Assembly (NCBI GenBank): GCA_040954595.2
Contig: CM082578.2
Location: forward strand, 15,050,998 to 15,114,997
Reading direction: 5' to 3'
From: Balanoglossus misakiensis
Taxonomy: Eukaryota > Animalia > Hemichordata
DNA: 64,000 nucleotides
In this document: one piece after another, positions 13,530 through 27,040 of the stretch
Layout: each line of letters begins with the position of its first letter
Numbering within the stretch: position 1 is the stretch's first letter
Notes under the pieces: model-generated
What the model was told of the DNA's origin: nothing
Database searches by the model: none
What the model saw: the letters and a program-made list of their open reading frames with translations, nothing else
Position numbers and translations under genes: made by a program

Positions 13530-15285
13530 TTACCAATGTTTACTACTCCACACTTTATCATCACGAAGATCAAACATGATGTCTGCATTTCCATAGTTCA
13601 TGGCACTCAGCCTTGAAATGGACTCCAATGTTTGAGGTACAACTCTTCCATCTTTCCAGCAACTTTCAGAAACGTGCACAGCGAGAACCTGAAACAAAAG
13701 CATTTGGCACGGAAATCAGCCATTGTGTAATAATTGTTATATCACCGATTTTTCACTACTAGTATATCTGTATTGTACTCTACATTTTCCTCTATTGAGA
13801 AACACAATGGATCAACAACAGAAAACAGCATAACTCACTCATCATATTTCAACTTGCCTTCCCGACTACAATTGTTGAGCCACCATATTTAGGTGCCCCA
13901 ATATCCATACTCTTGTAAAGCGAACATTCCAGGGAGAGAGGTGATTCCTTAACTAACGGAGCAATTCCATGTTTACTGGGAATAGCAGTAAATCCAACTT
14001 CTTCAAATTCATCGACATCAGAGGGATATTCAGTAGCAGCTGTGGGAATAAGTCATCAGTGGATACCAGATTGGTTATTCTTTTTCAAAATGTCTATATG
14101 GAAAGTTAATTAGCAGTAAAGTTGGCTATATAAGTACTATTCCTTTGTAACTAAGTTGTGAGATTACAATGAAATGAATTTATACCAATGAAAAGAAATA
14201 GGACTAGTAACTGCTATGAATATCTTTACATTAACACAATCAATTGCATGTCTTAAGTGTGACCCATCAAGTGAGACAGGTATTAAATTTTAAAACACAG
14301 AAGCAGCTATAAAGCTTCCTGGCTCAACATGATAATTTGTATTGTTGCATCCTAACTGAGTGAATTAGATTTTTAAAACAGAGGGAATCATTAAAGTTAC
14401 TATTATAAAAAAATTTCCTAATGCAATGCGATGAATAAAATTATTAGCTGTCTTGACCGGTAAGTTGCAACTCATGACCTTATACATGACCTCTCTACAT
14501 GAAGAATTTAAAATCACAGTTGTTTAATTTGATACCTTGGTAGCCTTTGTCAAATATTGGTCGGACAATGTGGTTGACAACAAAGTGACCAGTGTCCAAA
14601 ATATTCACCAGAGTGTCCTTAGCAGCGTCATCACTTTTCCTGAATTATAATTGTAAAAAGTGAATATAAGGATAAATGGGGATCGCCTTGTTGATTTTGA
14701 ATTTTCAATACCTACAGCTATCTGGTAAAATACACATCATACGCAAACTGCATGATGTTAAACAAACATATACAACTAGTTTGATTTTGAAAGTAGGAGT
14801 TTACCATATGTTTCTCGCGTAAAGTAATGTTTATTTCAAAGTGATAAACAATTATCACATTCAGTCACTTTTTATATTTGCATAATGACAGAAACAATAC
14901 TCATGATTCTGCTAAGGTATAGAAATTATCTTTACCTTGTGATAGAGAAAGCTAGCGTCGGAGGTTCACTTGTCACTGGCATGAAGAAGCTAAACATGGC
15001 CAAGTTGTTCACTTTCCCATCCGCCGAACACGTACTGACAAAGGCGATGGGTCGAGGCACTATCGCTGCACACAATAAATCGTACACTTCGACTTTGTCC
15101 ATTGTTGATGCATTGAACTGCAACTTTGTGCTACTGTAAGGCAGTTGTGATGCCAGTCTGTTATCAAGCTTCTCTGACTTGTCGTCATGGTAATGCAATG
15201 TTGAAGCTTTACTGAAAACCCAGCTTTGTGCTTGTATTCTGTAAATCCTAGAATATATACTGTCAGAGAGTTTAACAATCTTCAT
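13530..15285 (-). CDS. Flavin reductase-like FMN-binding protein (DIM6/NTAB / flavoredoxin type), 4 coding exons
   Basis: Exons are 14936..15285 (start uncertain; YDLLCAAIVPRPIAFVST..GKVNNLAMFSFF...PPTLAFSI), 14536..14639 (KDTLVNILDTGHFVVN), 13858..14039 (EYPSDVDEFEEVGFT...PLVKESPLSLEC...IVVGK) and 13530..13688 (VLAVHV...DGRVVP...ISRLS..NYG, stop). Phases 2/1/0 join in frame. Intron 3 uses a GC donor. Confidence 0.88.
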
Positions 15286-16635
15286 ATGTTGTCAGTGTAT
15301 ATCCTGTTCTATGTTTGGCATAAAGACTAGGTTGAAATTATCCATGCAAGTCTCCATTATACCACATATACTATAGAAGAAAGGGATTAACTGTCAACTT
15401 TATCAACTTAATTCGTGGATGGGGTACACAGATTAATGGGAAATTCACGGATAGATTGTGTTCTGGTTCTGGATTCAGCAACTACATGTATAAGACAGCA
15501 AGTAATGTTTTATAGTGAAAACATCTACATGTATTACTTCTATTGCCCCCTCCCCCAACCATGTATTGTATCTCCGTGTGTGTGTTTTACACGTACAATA
15601 CGTACCTCTGTAGCCCGTGGAAACCAAACCGCCTGACTGTCGCACTCAAAAGGAAAACAGCCATTGCACTTCACCAATGTCAATTAACATTCACCTTGAA
15701 ATGGACACAAATGCCGCTTATATAACTTCGTGGATATATTAACATTTCAGCTGGCCAGGGCGTGACCAAGATCAATATCTCCCGTGTTTTTTCCTGAACG
15801 TTTTTGTGTTAGACTGAATTTCTGTGAATTTTACCTTATCCACACGACGGGCGTGGTCGATGATCCTTTGAACCCTTGTCTTTGACTGCTTTTTCCCCCA
15901 GGGAAACATTGAATATGTGTGAATGACCTGCATTGCTGAGTTCACAGCTTAGCATACATGTATTTTGCCATTAGCACACACTGGCTACCCAAGGTCCTTG
16001 TCACATAGTTGATATTTAATGTGTGAATTGTCTTTATGACTTGCCCATTCAGTGTGTCAGGGGGGGGGGGGGGGGCATTGCTCATCGTCCCGGGTAAGGG
16101 AAGAACCAATTGTTGTGAGGGGAGGGGGTATAAAGATTGAGAATGTGGCAGAATTTTTACCCAGGGTCTTTTCCAACCCATCAAAATTGCACCTTTCTTG
16201 CTGAGCTTCTCTTTCATCACACATATGGCTTACAGTTATACTTTGATAAATATCATTCATACAATGTCAAATTTCCAAGTGTGGCATGAAAAATATGACA
16301 AGTCTGAAATTAATAAACACGTTCCATTTTATTGTGTGCTTATGTTGCACTGCAAATATCTATATAACTGACATAAATACTTCTTTCACATTTTAAACTG
16401 TCAATAAATGAAAAAGTCTACCAGAAAAAAAAAAATTATTGCAAAATATTAAACAACACATCTGAAAAGTCTTTTTGGAGTAAACCAGAAGTTTACATGT
16501 TCTTTTTTATGAAACAGTGGCCTTCAATGGTATAATACAATTGTTCATCTTCATTCGACAAGTATCTGTTATAGTTGATTTACAAGTTGTACACAGAAAT
16601 TTCGTCGCCAGCTTGTTCTTTCACCTCTGGATCAT

Positions 16636-18741
16636 TCATGGTGTGAGTGGATGACAAGGAACATATTTGCGGTTTTCAAAGATCTGTCCGGCAATCTTCT
16701 GTTTCAACAGGTCACCATTAAATTTCTCACCTGTCGACACAAGAGACAAGTGTTACACATCTTGCTATGTCCCTTTGTGGGTATACATTCATTTCCCTTC
16801 CTTTCATGGAATTCTTTCCCCTTCTATCACATTAATAAGTGGGGTGTTGTAATAAGTGGCTTGATATCTCTTGGGGTAATCATGCTCCCCACCCCAGCCA
16901 ATGTAAAATCATTGTAGTGATGAAGCACAATATTATTGGGCAAGAAACGGACACCAAAAATGGAAATCAAATTGATACCTATTCCTATGTCATGGAAAGT
17001 GGCCTGGCATCTCTTGAAGGCATCATCACAGAATGCTGTTGCCAGCAACATCTCGTGGTCACAGTTACGCAAACCGTCTACTTTGGCTCTAGTTGCTCTC
17101 GACAACACAGCGGTCATGGCGTAAATGTCTATGCAAACATCTGCCATTCTTTTCAACATAATCTGTTCATGTACAATACCCTGAAATGAGATGATTGTGC
17201 TGGGAATAAGAAAATTCATGGAATCTTGCTAAGCCATGTCAGGTTTACAAGATATCATATTTTTGGTGCCAAACATGCTTCTTACTATAAAATAGGAGAA
17301 ACATAAAAAAAATTATTTTTAATTTTGAAAATCTGATGTGCAATCTGGAGGGTCACACCTCCATGATCATTAAACTGAAAATGCTGGATTAACATTCTAA
17401 TATTCTTCCAGTTGTGTAAGTGTAACATGCCAGTAAGTTGTGGCTGCTTTTTGCAGTACATACCCTCTTGTACTTTGTTAAGAGTGATTCTGCAAGCATT
17501 CCAAATGTCACAGCTGTATCTTGAAGTTTGATTGCACTTTCCTGAGAGAGAGAGAAAGAAAGAGAGAGAGGGGGGGGGGGACAGAGAGAGAGAGACTTGT
17601 CAGAACTTGCCTGAAACTCAACTGCATTAGTTACTACCTATGCAATTATCTACTGTAGTCCACAATTCCAATGAATAATTTTGCCATGGAAGGAAAACAT
17701 CAAGCCTCATTAACCTAACATGTTTCTTTAAGAATGCCACATGTAGTTTAAAAATAGAAACTTCAGAAGTGACACACTTTCTTCATTTTCAAGTTCCTGA
17801 ACCTAAGTTTTACATTTGTAACAGAGTAATTGTTACCTTCATGGATGGATGGACACCACCATCTTCATGAAACAGATGTAATGAGCGTTTCATCCTCAGA
17901 CCATGCAGTGCTTTCTTACTCAAGGTCCTCATAACCAGACCCATGTTCTGACCAGGGTTGCGCAATTTTCTGAAAAAGGGGATGTATGCTGGTTTTTTTA
18001 TCACAACTCTTACAATGCCAAATTAACCACAAACTTGAAATGAATGGAGTACAAAAAGTACTATGGACAGTCTTATCAGTAGAAGTCACAGGGAAATTTG
18101 CATCGGTTAATAATTATTTTACTCACTCAACCAAATCTTTCAAATGCCTTCCTGCATACTGCATTCCTGTTAAAGCGATGTACATCCTCAGAATTTCATT
18201 GGTTCCTTCGAATATTAGCAGAATTCGACAGTCACGTAGATAGCGTTCATAAGGATAATCCTTCATGTAACCCATTCCGCCCAAAATCTGCAGTGCTTCA
18301 TTGACACAGTGCCATGAGCCTTCAGAACTGAACACCTGACAATTTAGAAAGGAAAAAAAAATGATTGTTTTGCCAGAAATGCTGATCATCAGTCTGAACT
18401 TTCTCACAGAAACACTGCCCTCTATGGTCATATTAGGTGCAGTTGTGAGTTAATTTTCCCTGCATAAACCAGATCAGTATTCCCACATTTCCCACTGTAC
18501 CTTGACCATGGCTGCTTCCACAGAGCAATCCGGAAGTCCTCCTTCCCAAGGTCTGTCCATCATCCCAGCTGTCAGGTATGCCATGCTTTCCATGGCATAT
18601 GTCGTGATGGACATGTTGGCAAATTTCTCTTGGATCAAGCTGAAGTCACTGAGTTTTGTATTGAACTGTTTTCTTGTGCAAGCATGTTCTGCAGCCATCC
18701 CTATTGTGAAATGGTATGATCCAAATTAGATGAAGGCTGTC

Positions 18742-18772
<31 letters not shown>

Positions 18773-21293
18773 TGCAGGATGCTGACTGATATCATAAGCA
18801 TATACCAACTGGGAGCTAAGACAGACTTACCAACAAGTTTCTTCAGCATACCAGCTCCAGAACTGCCCATACTGAATCTCCCACTGTTCAAGATATTCAT
18901 GGCTATTTTGAATCCTCCTCCCACTTCCCCAATCACATTCTCTACTGGAATAGGTGTGTTATCAAAATGCACTTCACAGGCTGTAAACGACAGGACAAAA
19001 AAATCATATACACTGACTTTAAGAATCATTGTTGAATATTAATAGGTCGGTCAGACAACATGTTTATTTGAACTGTGTTGAGAGACACCGGTACTTACTA
19101 TTCGATCCTCTAATCCCAAGTTTATCTTCTGGCCTACCACTTGTTATTCCTCCAAATTCTCTTTCTACAATGAAGGCAGTCACTTTGTCTTTCTTCTCAC
19201 CCTGCAACACATAAATTGAATGAAAAAAGGAAGACTTGAGTCTCAAAGAACTAACTGGGACCACTTTGGCATCACATTGATTCTTCAAATATTGTTTTTG
19301 ATGCCAATGCTTGGAGACCATCGTACAAGATGGAATAACAGTTATTGTACTGTTGATGATACATGTAACTCCTACCTTTTCATCAGTGACTTCAGTTTTG
19401 GCAAAAACTGTGAAAATGTCAGCTATTCCTCCATTTGAAATCCAGATCTGGCAAGGGTGAGACAGTAGACACAATATTAAGAGCACAATAAGTTGTGTGT
19501 ACTGTGTCTGTGCACGTCTTTGATCAATTTTAGTAAGATCTTATCCAAATGTTTTCATGCACCAAGATAACATCCACTGAATCTATCTGAAAACTTACCT
19601 TGCCACCATTGAGCAGGAAGTGTTTCCCGTCTTCACTGAGAGTTGCTCTTGTTTGAATGGATGCTGCATCACTTCCACTGTTAGTAACGAAAGGGAGAAA
19701 AAAGCAAGCAGTGTATAACAACGAAGTGTTGACAATGTACTATCCTAGAGGGCGTTTTTACCATGACAAGCATGCAGTTTGAATATCAGCACATCCAGCC
19801 ACATTTCTCTGCTAATGTTAGAATCTTGCTGGCAAAAATAATAACCATAAATGTATGTGCTGTTCACCTTGTTGGTTCAGTTAGACAAAAAGCAGCTACA
19901 TGTTCTCCCGTTGCCAACTTGGGTAAATACTTGGATTTTTGTTCAGGTGTCCCTGCCAACAGAATTCCCTGTAACATGGAAATGTTTACAGAGAGAATTA
20001 TGATAAGAGCACTGTATTAGGATGGGTGTTCAATTTATGCTTCTTCCATGATCCAATTGTAGCATGTGGTACTATAAATGATTTGTATGATTTTGTTAAT
20101 GATTACCTTTAGACCAATGGCTTGATGAGCAGCTAAAGTAACTGCAATAGCACCATCCAATGAAGTGACTTCAGCTATTCTCGCATACTTTGTATTGGAT
20201 AACCCTAAACCACCTGTGAAGAGTTGGAGTGCATTGATAATTGTACTATTAAACACAACAATGACATCATCTTTTAACTGTTAGTAGTGTAAGACAGACA
20301 ATTAGCAATACCATAAAATGGGTAGACATAGGTGCAGTAAGAGTTCTTTTACATTTTGTAATACAAGTGTAATTAACAAGAATCTTACCATAATCTTCTG
20401 GTATTTGTTGTCCAAACAATCCTAAATCTTTCAGTCCTTGTAAAGTCTTCTCATCAATCTGTCCATCAACGTCAATCTGTTTGGAGTCAACTAAGCAGGG
20501 AAAAGCAACCACGAAAAGTTTATTTTCATATACGGATATACAATCAGTAAAGTTGACAGTATAACCATTTATTTCACAGTCAACATCACAAACGACGATG
20601 CAAGAAAATCACTAACTCCCCATCAAACTCGTCATTTATTGATTAAATCTAAACATACCATCATCTTCAAAGAATCTTTCTACAGGACTGATCAGTTCAT
20701 TGAGTGAGTCAAATTCTTCCTCACTGAAAGACGGATATGGGAAAACATCATCCTGTAATGAAAAAAATGGAGTTAAATATCCACTACTCATCAGATGTAC
20801 AAAGAAATCTTATTTTTAGAATCTTATGAACAAAACACATCTTTTTAACACATTTATTTAAATTTTGAGGTTCTTTTCAAGTCGTATTCTATCTGAAAGG
20901 AAATGTTATAACCCCAAAAGAAAGAAACAAAGGAGATAGCATCATCATAGAGTTGGGAGTGCATCAATCGGGGGGGGGGGGGGGGGGTACTACTGGGGTC
21001 ACTTCTAAAGAACTGATCATGAAAAAACAGAAGAGTCTCAATGAAATATGTGCCGAATTTAGGAAACTACTCTAGGACTGTCTGTAGCAACTTACTGTAT
21101 TAAATTTTCCCAGAAACAAGTCTTTGGCAAAGCTTTGAACACCCGCAGTTGTATGGAGACCCATACGTGGGCAAGTTGATGTCGTTTCAACTCGACATAA
21201 CGCCGATGGACGTAGAGCTCGTGAAACCTTATAAACGGGTTTTTCGAGGTCCCTGGCGATATGAGTAATCCTTGAAATGTTCCTGGTTAGCAT
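16636..21293 (-). CDS. ACAD9: Acyl-CoA dehydrogenase family member 9 (complex I assembly factor; VLCAD-like), ~15 coding exons
   Basis: Motifs across exons: [11 protein letters not shown] (21096..21293), [153 protein letters not shown], and last exon 16636..16730 ending [14 protein letters not shown] and [15 protein letters not shown] favour ACAD9 over ACADVL. Confidence 0.92.
18740..18772. repeat. (CAGA)n microsatellite in an ACAD9 intron
   Basis: cagacagacagacagacagacagacagacaga. Confidence 0.9.
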
Positions 21294-23335
21294 ATTGAAA
21301 AATACTTTGAATTTACACCGATTATTACATATAACACTGTATGTGTGGACATGGGACTTTTATTTTACCGGAGAATATTACCGGCGTTGCGCAAGTAACC
21401 TTTGCACTCTTATTTGATTGTTTGTATTTCTCTCCTACAACCATTTCGCGCGGGGGGGGGGGGGGCACAATACACATGATACATGTAGTACTCGTACAAT
21501 ATTGACAGGGGGAGGGGCTGTTGTGCCTGGCTGTAGGGCCTAATGATCTCAGTGGAGCGCCACGTACAGAGCTAGAGGCATTTGTAAGCAAGTATTCTAG
21601 AACTTCACTCGGGACATACTCTGTATTAGGGCCTACTGTCTATGGTTTAAAATTCATGAGGTCAGGTGGCAAGCAATCGAGGTAGTAATTTTCATCTGTA
21701 TTAAAACCTAAAACAAACATAAATAATAACCAAAATAATGTCAAAAGTGTACGACATTGCCTGTCTAGTATCAGTGGGTACACCTGCACTAGAACATGAA
21801 AAATGGAAATGGACAACACGTAAATACGAAAGTGCGATGTAAATGGTTGCTATGGAGAACAGCGCCCCTTAACGTCTATAATCGTCAAGATGAATTCGGA
21901 GGGTTTCAGACAGCGCAGATTTATTCTATCGTGCGTAATTTAATGTCTGCGCATGTGTCCTAGGCGTGTGCGTAAAAACTGGTCATTTTCTGCTGTCACT
22001 GAAGAAAGGGGCAACCGAGGGTCATTTCTATAGTATAAATACATATTTGTTATGAAAACGGTTGTGAGCACAGACTCTGTTAAAAACACGCGGGTTTGTG
22101 AGGTAGAGGAACAATAGCATTCCAGCCAGGAGGATTTGATAATTGCTTAGAGGTGGATTATTAAGGTACGTTTGATTTTCGTCATTACTTGACGTTGATT
22201 CGCAAGCATGTGTGATGACATGCCCAATGACGATTTCACATGCTTTCGATCATCAGGATTATTTGTCGGGGAAAAACTCAGCCATGATTTCATTTTCAGT
22301 AGGTGTACTCATAGCCATCGGGGACACGGGCGCGTGTCTGCACAATACATACGCGCAGGGCTAATATTTGCGCGTGTATGATATGAATCGGCTCCTAAAT
22401 TCAATGGTTTCTGAAAGTGGGCTTATCCCGTCACGTGATCTGTGTGAATAACGGAGACATTTGTACTGACATCATATGTCTCAATTCACCAAAATGGAAC
22501 AGTCATAGCATACACCGATAATTGTCTCGCTCACTTAATTAACTAGAATTAACTATTTTGAAAAAAAAGCGATGCACTTGTTTGGCACTTTAAATGCAGT
22601 GTTACGACATTTTAATAAGAATAATTAGCTAGATAATAAAATAATTTAGCTTATTTTTTCACCCCACTTTCTCTTCCCATGCCCAATTTTCGAATATTGA
22701 AATTGCAAAGTCTAATATGATTATTCATTTGACGTTAGACAATTCTTATCGTTTATGTTACTGCTGTATGCCGGACAAATTGGTGACTGGACAGTTAGCG
22801 ATAGACACGCAAATTTATGCACACGCTGTATGCATATTTAATGTGGTTGTGTAAAATTGATGTATACATGGCGATGGCAAAATGAGATGACTCGGGAAAA
22901 CAAAACAAGATTTCAATAGCATCATATCGACATATCACATACATGTATACAACAATAAGGCAAGATGTTGTATATGGTCTTCACATTATTGTCAATGAAT
23001 AACGCGCTAATACACACATTATTAATGTAGTCAGCTCACGACGATAAACAGTTCAAGGTCGAGACTTCCATCACCATGACAACGCCATGGTGCATTTACA
23101 GATATATTTTCTTGGAGAAGTCCTCGACCCAATTCCCGCTTCATCAAAAACAACTACTTTACGTGTACATGTACCTATTACACATAAATACGAGAAACAT
23201 CGCAACCTTGCTTTTGTGGTGGTGATACATACATTATTAGGCCTAATTATCTGTACGTCTCAAAAGTGAGTCAGTAATTAACTGTAATCACGAACTTATG
23301 TATTTCACGTGTCTTATGTTTTCAACAGAACAACT

Positions 23336-24424
23336 ATGCATAACTGCCAAGATCGTGACAGCGACCAAAACCAAGAACAACCAAACAACACACAGGATTT
23401 GATTCAACAAGCCGCTCACCAGGAGCAGAGAGGGGGCGAGAGAACATTTCTGAAGGACGTGATTAATAACCTCACGTTCGGTTCGAAAGGTAGAGACGAA
23501 CATGGGTTTAATGCATTACCCTGGAGTGAAATACAGCGAGCTGTTATTGTCATGTTGATAGGTAAGTCGAAAGAGGGCGCTATATATTTGAACAAATATA
23601 AAACATCAGCATTTCCAAATCGGACCAAATTTAAACTTGTCTGCACTTGACTGCACACACGACACAACTCAGCATTAGACTGTACTTTACAATGCAAAGG
23701 CAAATTAGAAGACGTAAAGGCTTTCACTTATAAGTATTTTTCTCTCCTCACTTTGTCTCCGACAGCTATACTGATTGGTGTCATGGTGTACTCTGACAAG
23801 AGCACATCGTGTGAACTGATCAAGAAAGACCATGATGTCTGCGAGATTTCCAAAGAAGACTGGGCCAGAAGAGCCAAGACGTGTGACGACAACTACAACT
23901 TCTGCAAAAAGAATATGAACCACCAAGAGAAGGAGAGCCTGAAGAAAATCCATCGACTGGAACTGAAAAACATGGAAGACCAGATCATGACGACGACGGA
24001 GCTTGAAAGGGAGAAAGTTCAAGACGTCTTGGTGGAAAACACCATCGTCTGGGAGGAGAAGGTCCGTCTGGAGAAGACCCTGCAAGAACTAGACAGACTG
24101 CGGCGGAAGTTGAGGGAGATGGGGCGGATCAAGTGCAGAGACGGTTTCTGGAGCGACGGAGAGGAGAAAAACACCATTTTGCAACAGCAGGATCAAGTGC
24201 GAGGGTTTGCAACCGAGGCGGAATTAGTGAAGGGTCTTGGGATTCTCAAGGGCTTGGAGGATCTCTTCGAAGAGCCTTGCTCGCTCAACGAGAGATTGAT
24301 TGAGACACAGTTGTTAGTTTGGGAGGGGAAGGCCAACGAGAGAATGTGGCATGATATCTACCACAGGAGTAAAGTCAGGCAGCTGTCGAATGACCCTGAG
24401 TTAGAAAAAGAGGAGGCGGAGTAG
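23336..24424 (+). CDS. Uncharacterised type II transmembrane coiled-coil protein, 2 coding exons
   Basis: Exon 23336..23561 (donor G|GTAAGT, phase 1) joins exon 23766..24424 (acceptor ctccgacag) in frame, completing a hydrophobic helix AVIVMLIAILIGVMVY. This is followed by four Cys and an E/K/L-rich coiled coil. Confidence 0.7.
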
Positions 24425-24655
24425 TTTTAGATGTGAATTTTATAGGCACCACGTTACAGCATTACACAACACTGCTTATCGATCGCAGCACAGCAACACA
24501 CAACACAACACATAACAACCGTATTTCATTTGTCATCTGAAAATGTTTAAACGAGAAAAATGGATATAATTGAATATATTTCCATTGTAGATAAAATCAA
24601 GGCAATAATGCGAACGGGGCATACAGTTCAGCCTTGACGTTCGGGGCATCAGCCG

Positions 24656-24730
24656 CGTAGTGTCGTCACGGTGTGGGTGACGTAGTGTCGCGCGGATGAC
24701 GTAGTGTCGTGTGGGTGACGTAGTGTCGTA
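24656..24730. repeat. ~19-bp minisatellite (core CGTAGTGTCG x4)
   Basis: CGTAGTGTCG at 24656, 24681, 24700 and 24719, with gtgtgggtga/gcggatga spacers. Confidence 0.85.
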
Positions 24731-25350
24731 TGGACGTTGATGTAATTTGGTTGTATGAATAGAAGTGTTTCGCATTCAAAATGACCATCAAACCCCCTTG
24801 GTTCGGCTATATCAGACAACATCGTCAAACTTTTTACCTTGAGCCCCGTTAAAAGATATCTCGGGGAAAAATGTTAGGTGTCGTTTTAGACCTAAGAAAG
24901 TTAAGTAATTCACTGATTACAGTGATTGTATTGATAGAAAAACAGTTAAATGTCAAGGAAACTAAGGAGCCGCTATTGTTCACAATTTTCTAGTATTGTG
25001 GTAATAAAAGTTAACGTAATTGCAGTTGTAATTTAGATGAACGAATATATGTCTGTCACAATAAGACACAAGAACAAATATTGGGGAACTGTTCTAGATG
25101 GTAAAGTGACCATGTAGTCGACGAGGAGGAAATTAATACCGAAAATCGATTCTCGCATATCGATTGCTTTAGGACAATGTAGTAATTTTGTGTGTAGACG
25201 AATGCGGAAGTCTAGCGAAGAGATTTTGCGAGGTTCATTTGACGTGAAACTTTGTTCACATTCATCTGTTGATAATAGTGTTGTGATGAAAGTTTTGTGT
25301 TTTGTATATTCTATGGAATTGTGTAACAGACTGACAGGATAGGCCTACAG

Positions 25351-25414
25351 TAGCTGCAATGATTGTAGTCGACACCAGTCAACCTAGCAGCACCCACTAC
25401 AATCATTGCAGCTA
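25351..25414. mobile_element. 64-bp MITE-like element with 19-bp perfect TIRs and 9-bp target-site duplication
   Basis: TAGCTGCAATGATTGTAGT (25351-25369) and its exact reverse complement ACTACAATCATTGCAGCTA (25396-25414). GGCCTACAG directly flanks both ends (25342-25350, 25415-25423). Confidence 0.7.
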
Positions 25415-26004
25415 GGCCTACAGTGAATTCACCGCATGTTATTTGAAAACCCATTTTGATATTTATTTGTTTGTTTGTTACATGAACTTGTGCGACATTT
25501 TGTATTTAAATCGCGAAAATAATTCAATAAAGAAAAATAAAAGGGACACGAAAAATCGTCTTACATTACTGTATATGCAAACTTCTCTCGAGGAGTCAGC
25601 TCACCCACTCGTGAAGTAGATTATGTGTCAAATAGCATCTCTACTAGTTCAAAAACAGATTTGTCGTCCACGCTCCGTACTTACAAGCGTGGCATTGCTT
25701 CAGAATTAAAATTATTCAACTCGGCTTACGAAGTCATATCGATTACATTGCTTTCAATTTGCGGGTGGAAGAATGGGGTTATTGTAATTGATCGATTGCA
25801 ATTGCACAAACATATTAACACGGCCCCAGGCCAGAGAAATCAATTCTAAAACAATGACTTCCGGACAGGTGTTCGTCTTCTCACCAAAGAGAGCGCTAAA
25901 AGCGTGAAATACCGTTCTCTTGTATTGTTCACGTTTGCCGTTGCAGCGTATTTAACACCCTTGGACAATATCTAAACAAAACACAGTAGAAATCTTCCTT
26001 TACT

Positions 26005-27040
26005 GTCACTTGCTGAACGTACTCCACGTAAAGACCTGTTGTTTTTCAACCTGTTGGTTTCGACTCCGTGATACAGTCCGCTTCAGACTAGATTGATTGT
26101 TTAAAGTCTCAGTCATGATCAATACTTTCGACTTTTATGCAGTATTTATGTGGTTATGTCGCAAAACATTGTTTCCACAACAACCAGATTTTATATTCCG
26201 TTTTATTATATTCGGGGATTTCAGCGATCAAGTAGTTTTTGTCTGTCATGGATACATAAGCACCGTGCTCATTCAATACTCACGACAGAAACCACAAGAC
26301 GAAGGGCTTTTTGCGCACCAAAGAAAAAAAACCCTCACCCTTCCGGTTTTTGACAATGGTCTCGACCAACTTTGTTGAAGTGCAATCGATAGAAAGCTAG
26401 CTCTCTCCCCCGCCTCTATCCCATTTCTTGACGTGTCATGGAGTTGATGAACACTGCCATCTTTGCAGGATGATTTCCGCGTAAAGCTGAGATAGGTAAG
26501 ATATTTTCCACTATATGGTGGGATGGGTTTGAAAAGTGTTTAAGAATTATAATCATGATGTTAGCCATGATAAAAGAAAATAAGAAACTCGGTCTGCTCT
26601 TCCACCAACTCGGGCGTGGAAGGATGGAAAACAAACAGCATAGGCTAAGTAAAGCAATCACCGGAGACTATGAATTACGGGCAGATGGGAGACTTCGGAT
26701 CTTAGCGCGTGCTTACAGGTGTAAAAAATCGTTCACTGTCTCGTATTTTGCAAGATTTTAATCCCTTTACAATTCAAGCAAATTTTCCTGGGACAACACT
26801 TCTAAAGTCACTGGCTAAACTCCGCGTAAAGACCTAAATTTGGTCTTCACCTTGTTAACTTCGAGTTCGCGACTGTCACGGCGCAACTATACAAACCAGA
26901 CTGTGATCAATTCTGTCGACTTCCACATTCATGTTCGCACAATTTTGTCTCGGAGACAACCTGGTTTATGTTCCGTTTATAATTTTCCTCGGGCCCTAAC
27001 TTTCAATTCGACCTTGCCACACCGCTGTTATTCAAGTACA
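26005..27040. repeat. Diverged tandem duplication (~800 bp period) upstream of the DEG/ENaC gene
   Basis: Collinear matching blocks: ctccacgtaaagacct (~26022) / ctccgcgtaaagacct (~26820); tgatcaatactttcgactt (~26115) / tgatcaattctgtcgactt (~26904); ttatattccgttttat (~26191) / ttatgttccgtttata (~26966). Confidence 0.6.

Noticed and set aside
22243-22262. Minus-strand CTGATGA-TC-GAAA resembling a hammerhead ribozyme core (similar at ~59361 on +)
   Set aside because: There is no room for stem II and no supporting stems I/III.
24656-24730. Short regularly spaced repeats as a CRISPR-like array
   Set aside because: The context is eukaryotic, the core is 10 bp, spacers are near-identical and short, and there are no cas genes. 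It is a minisatellite.
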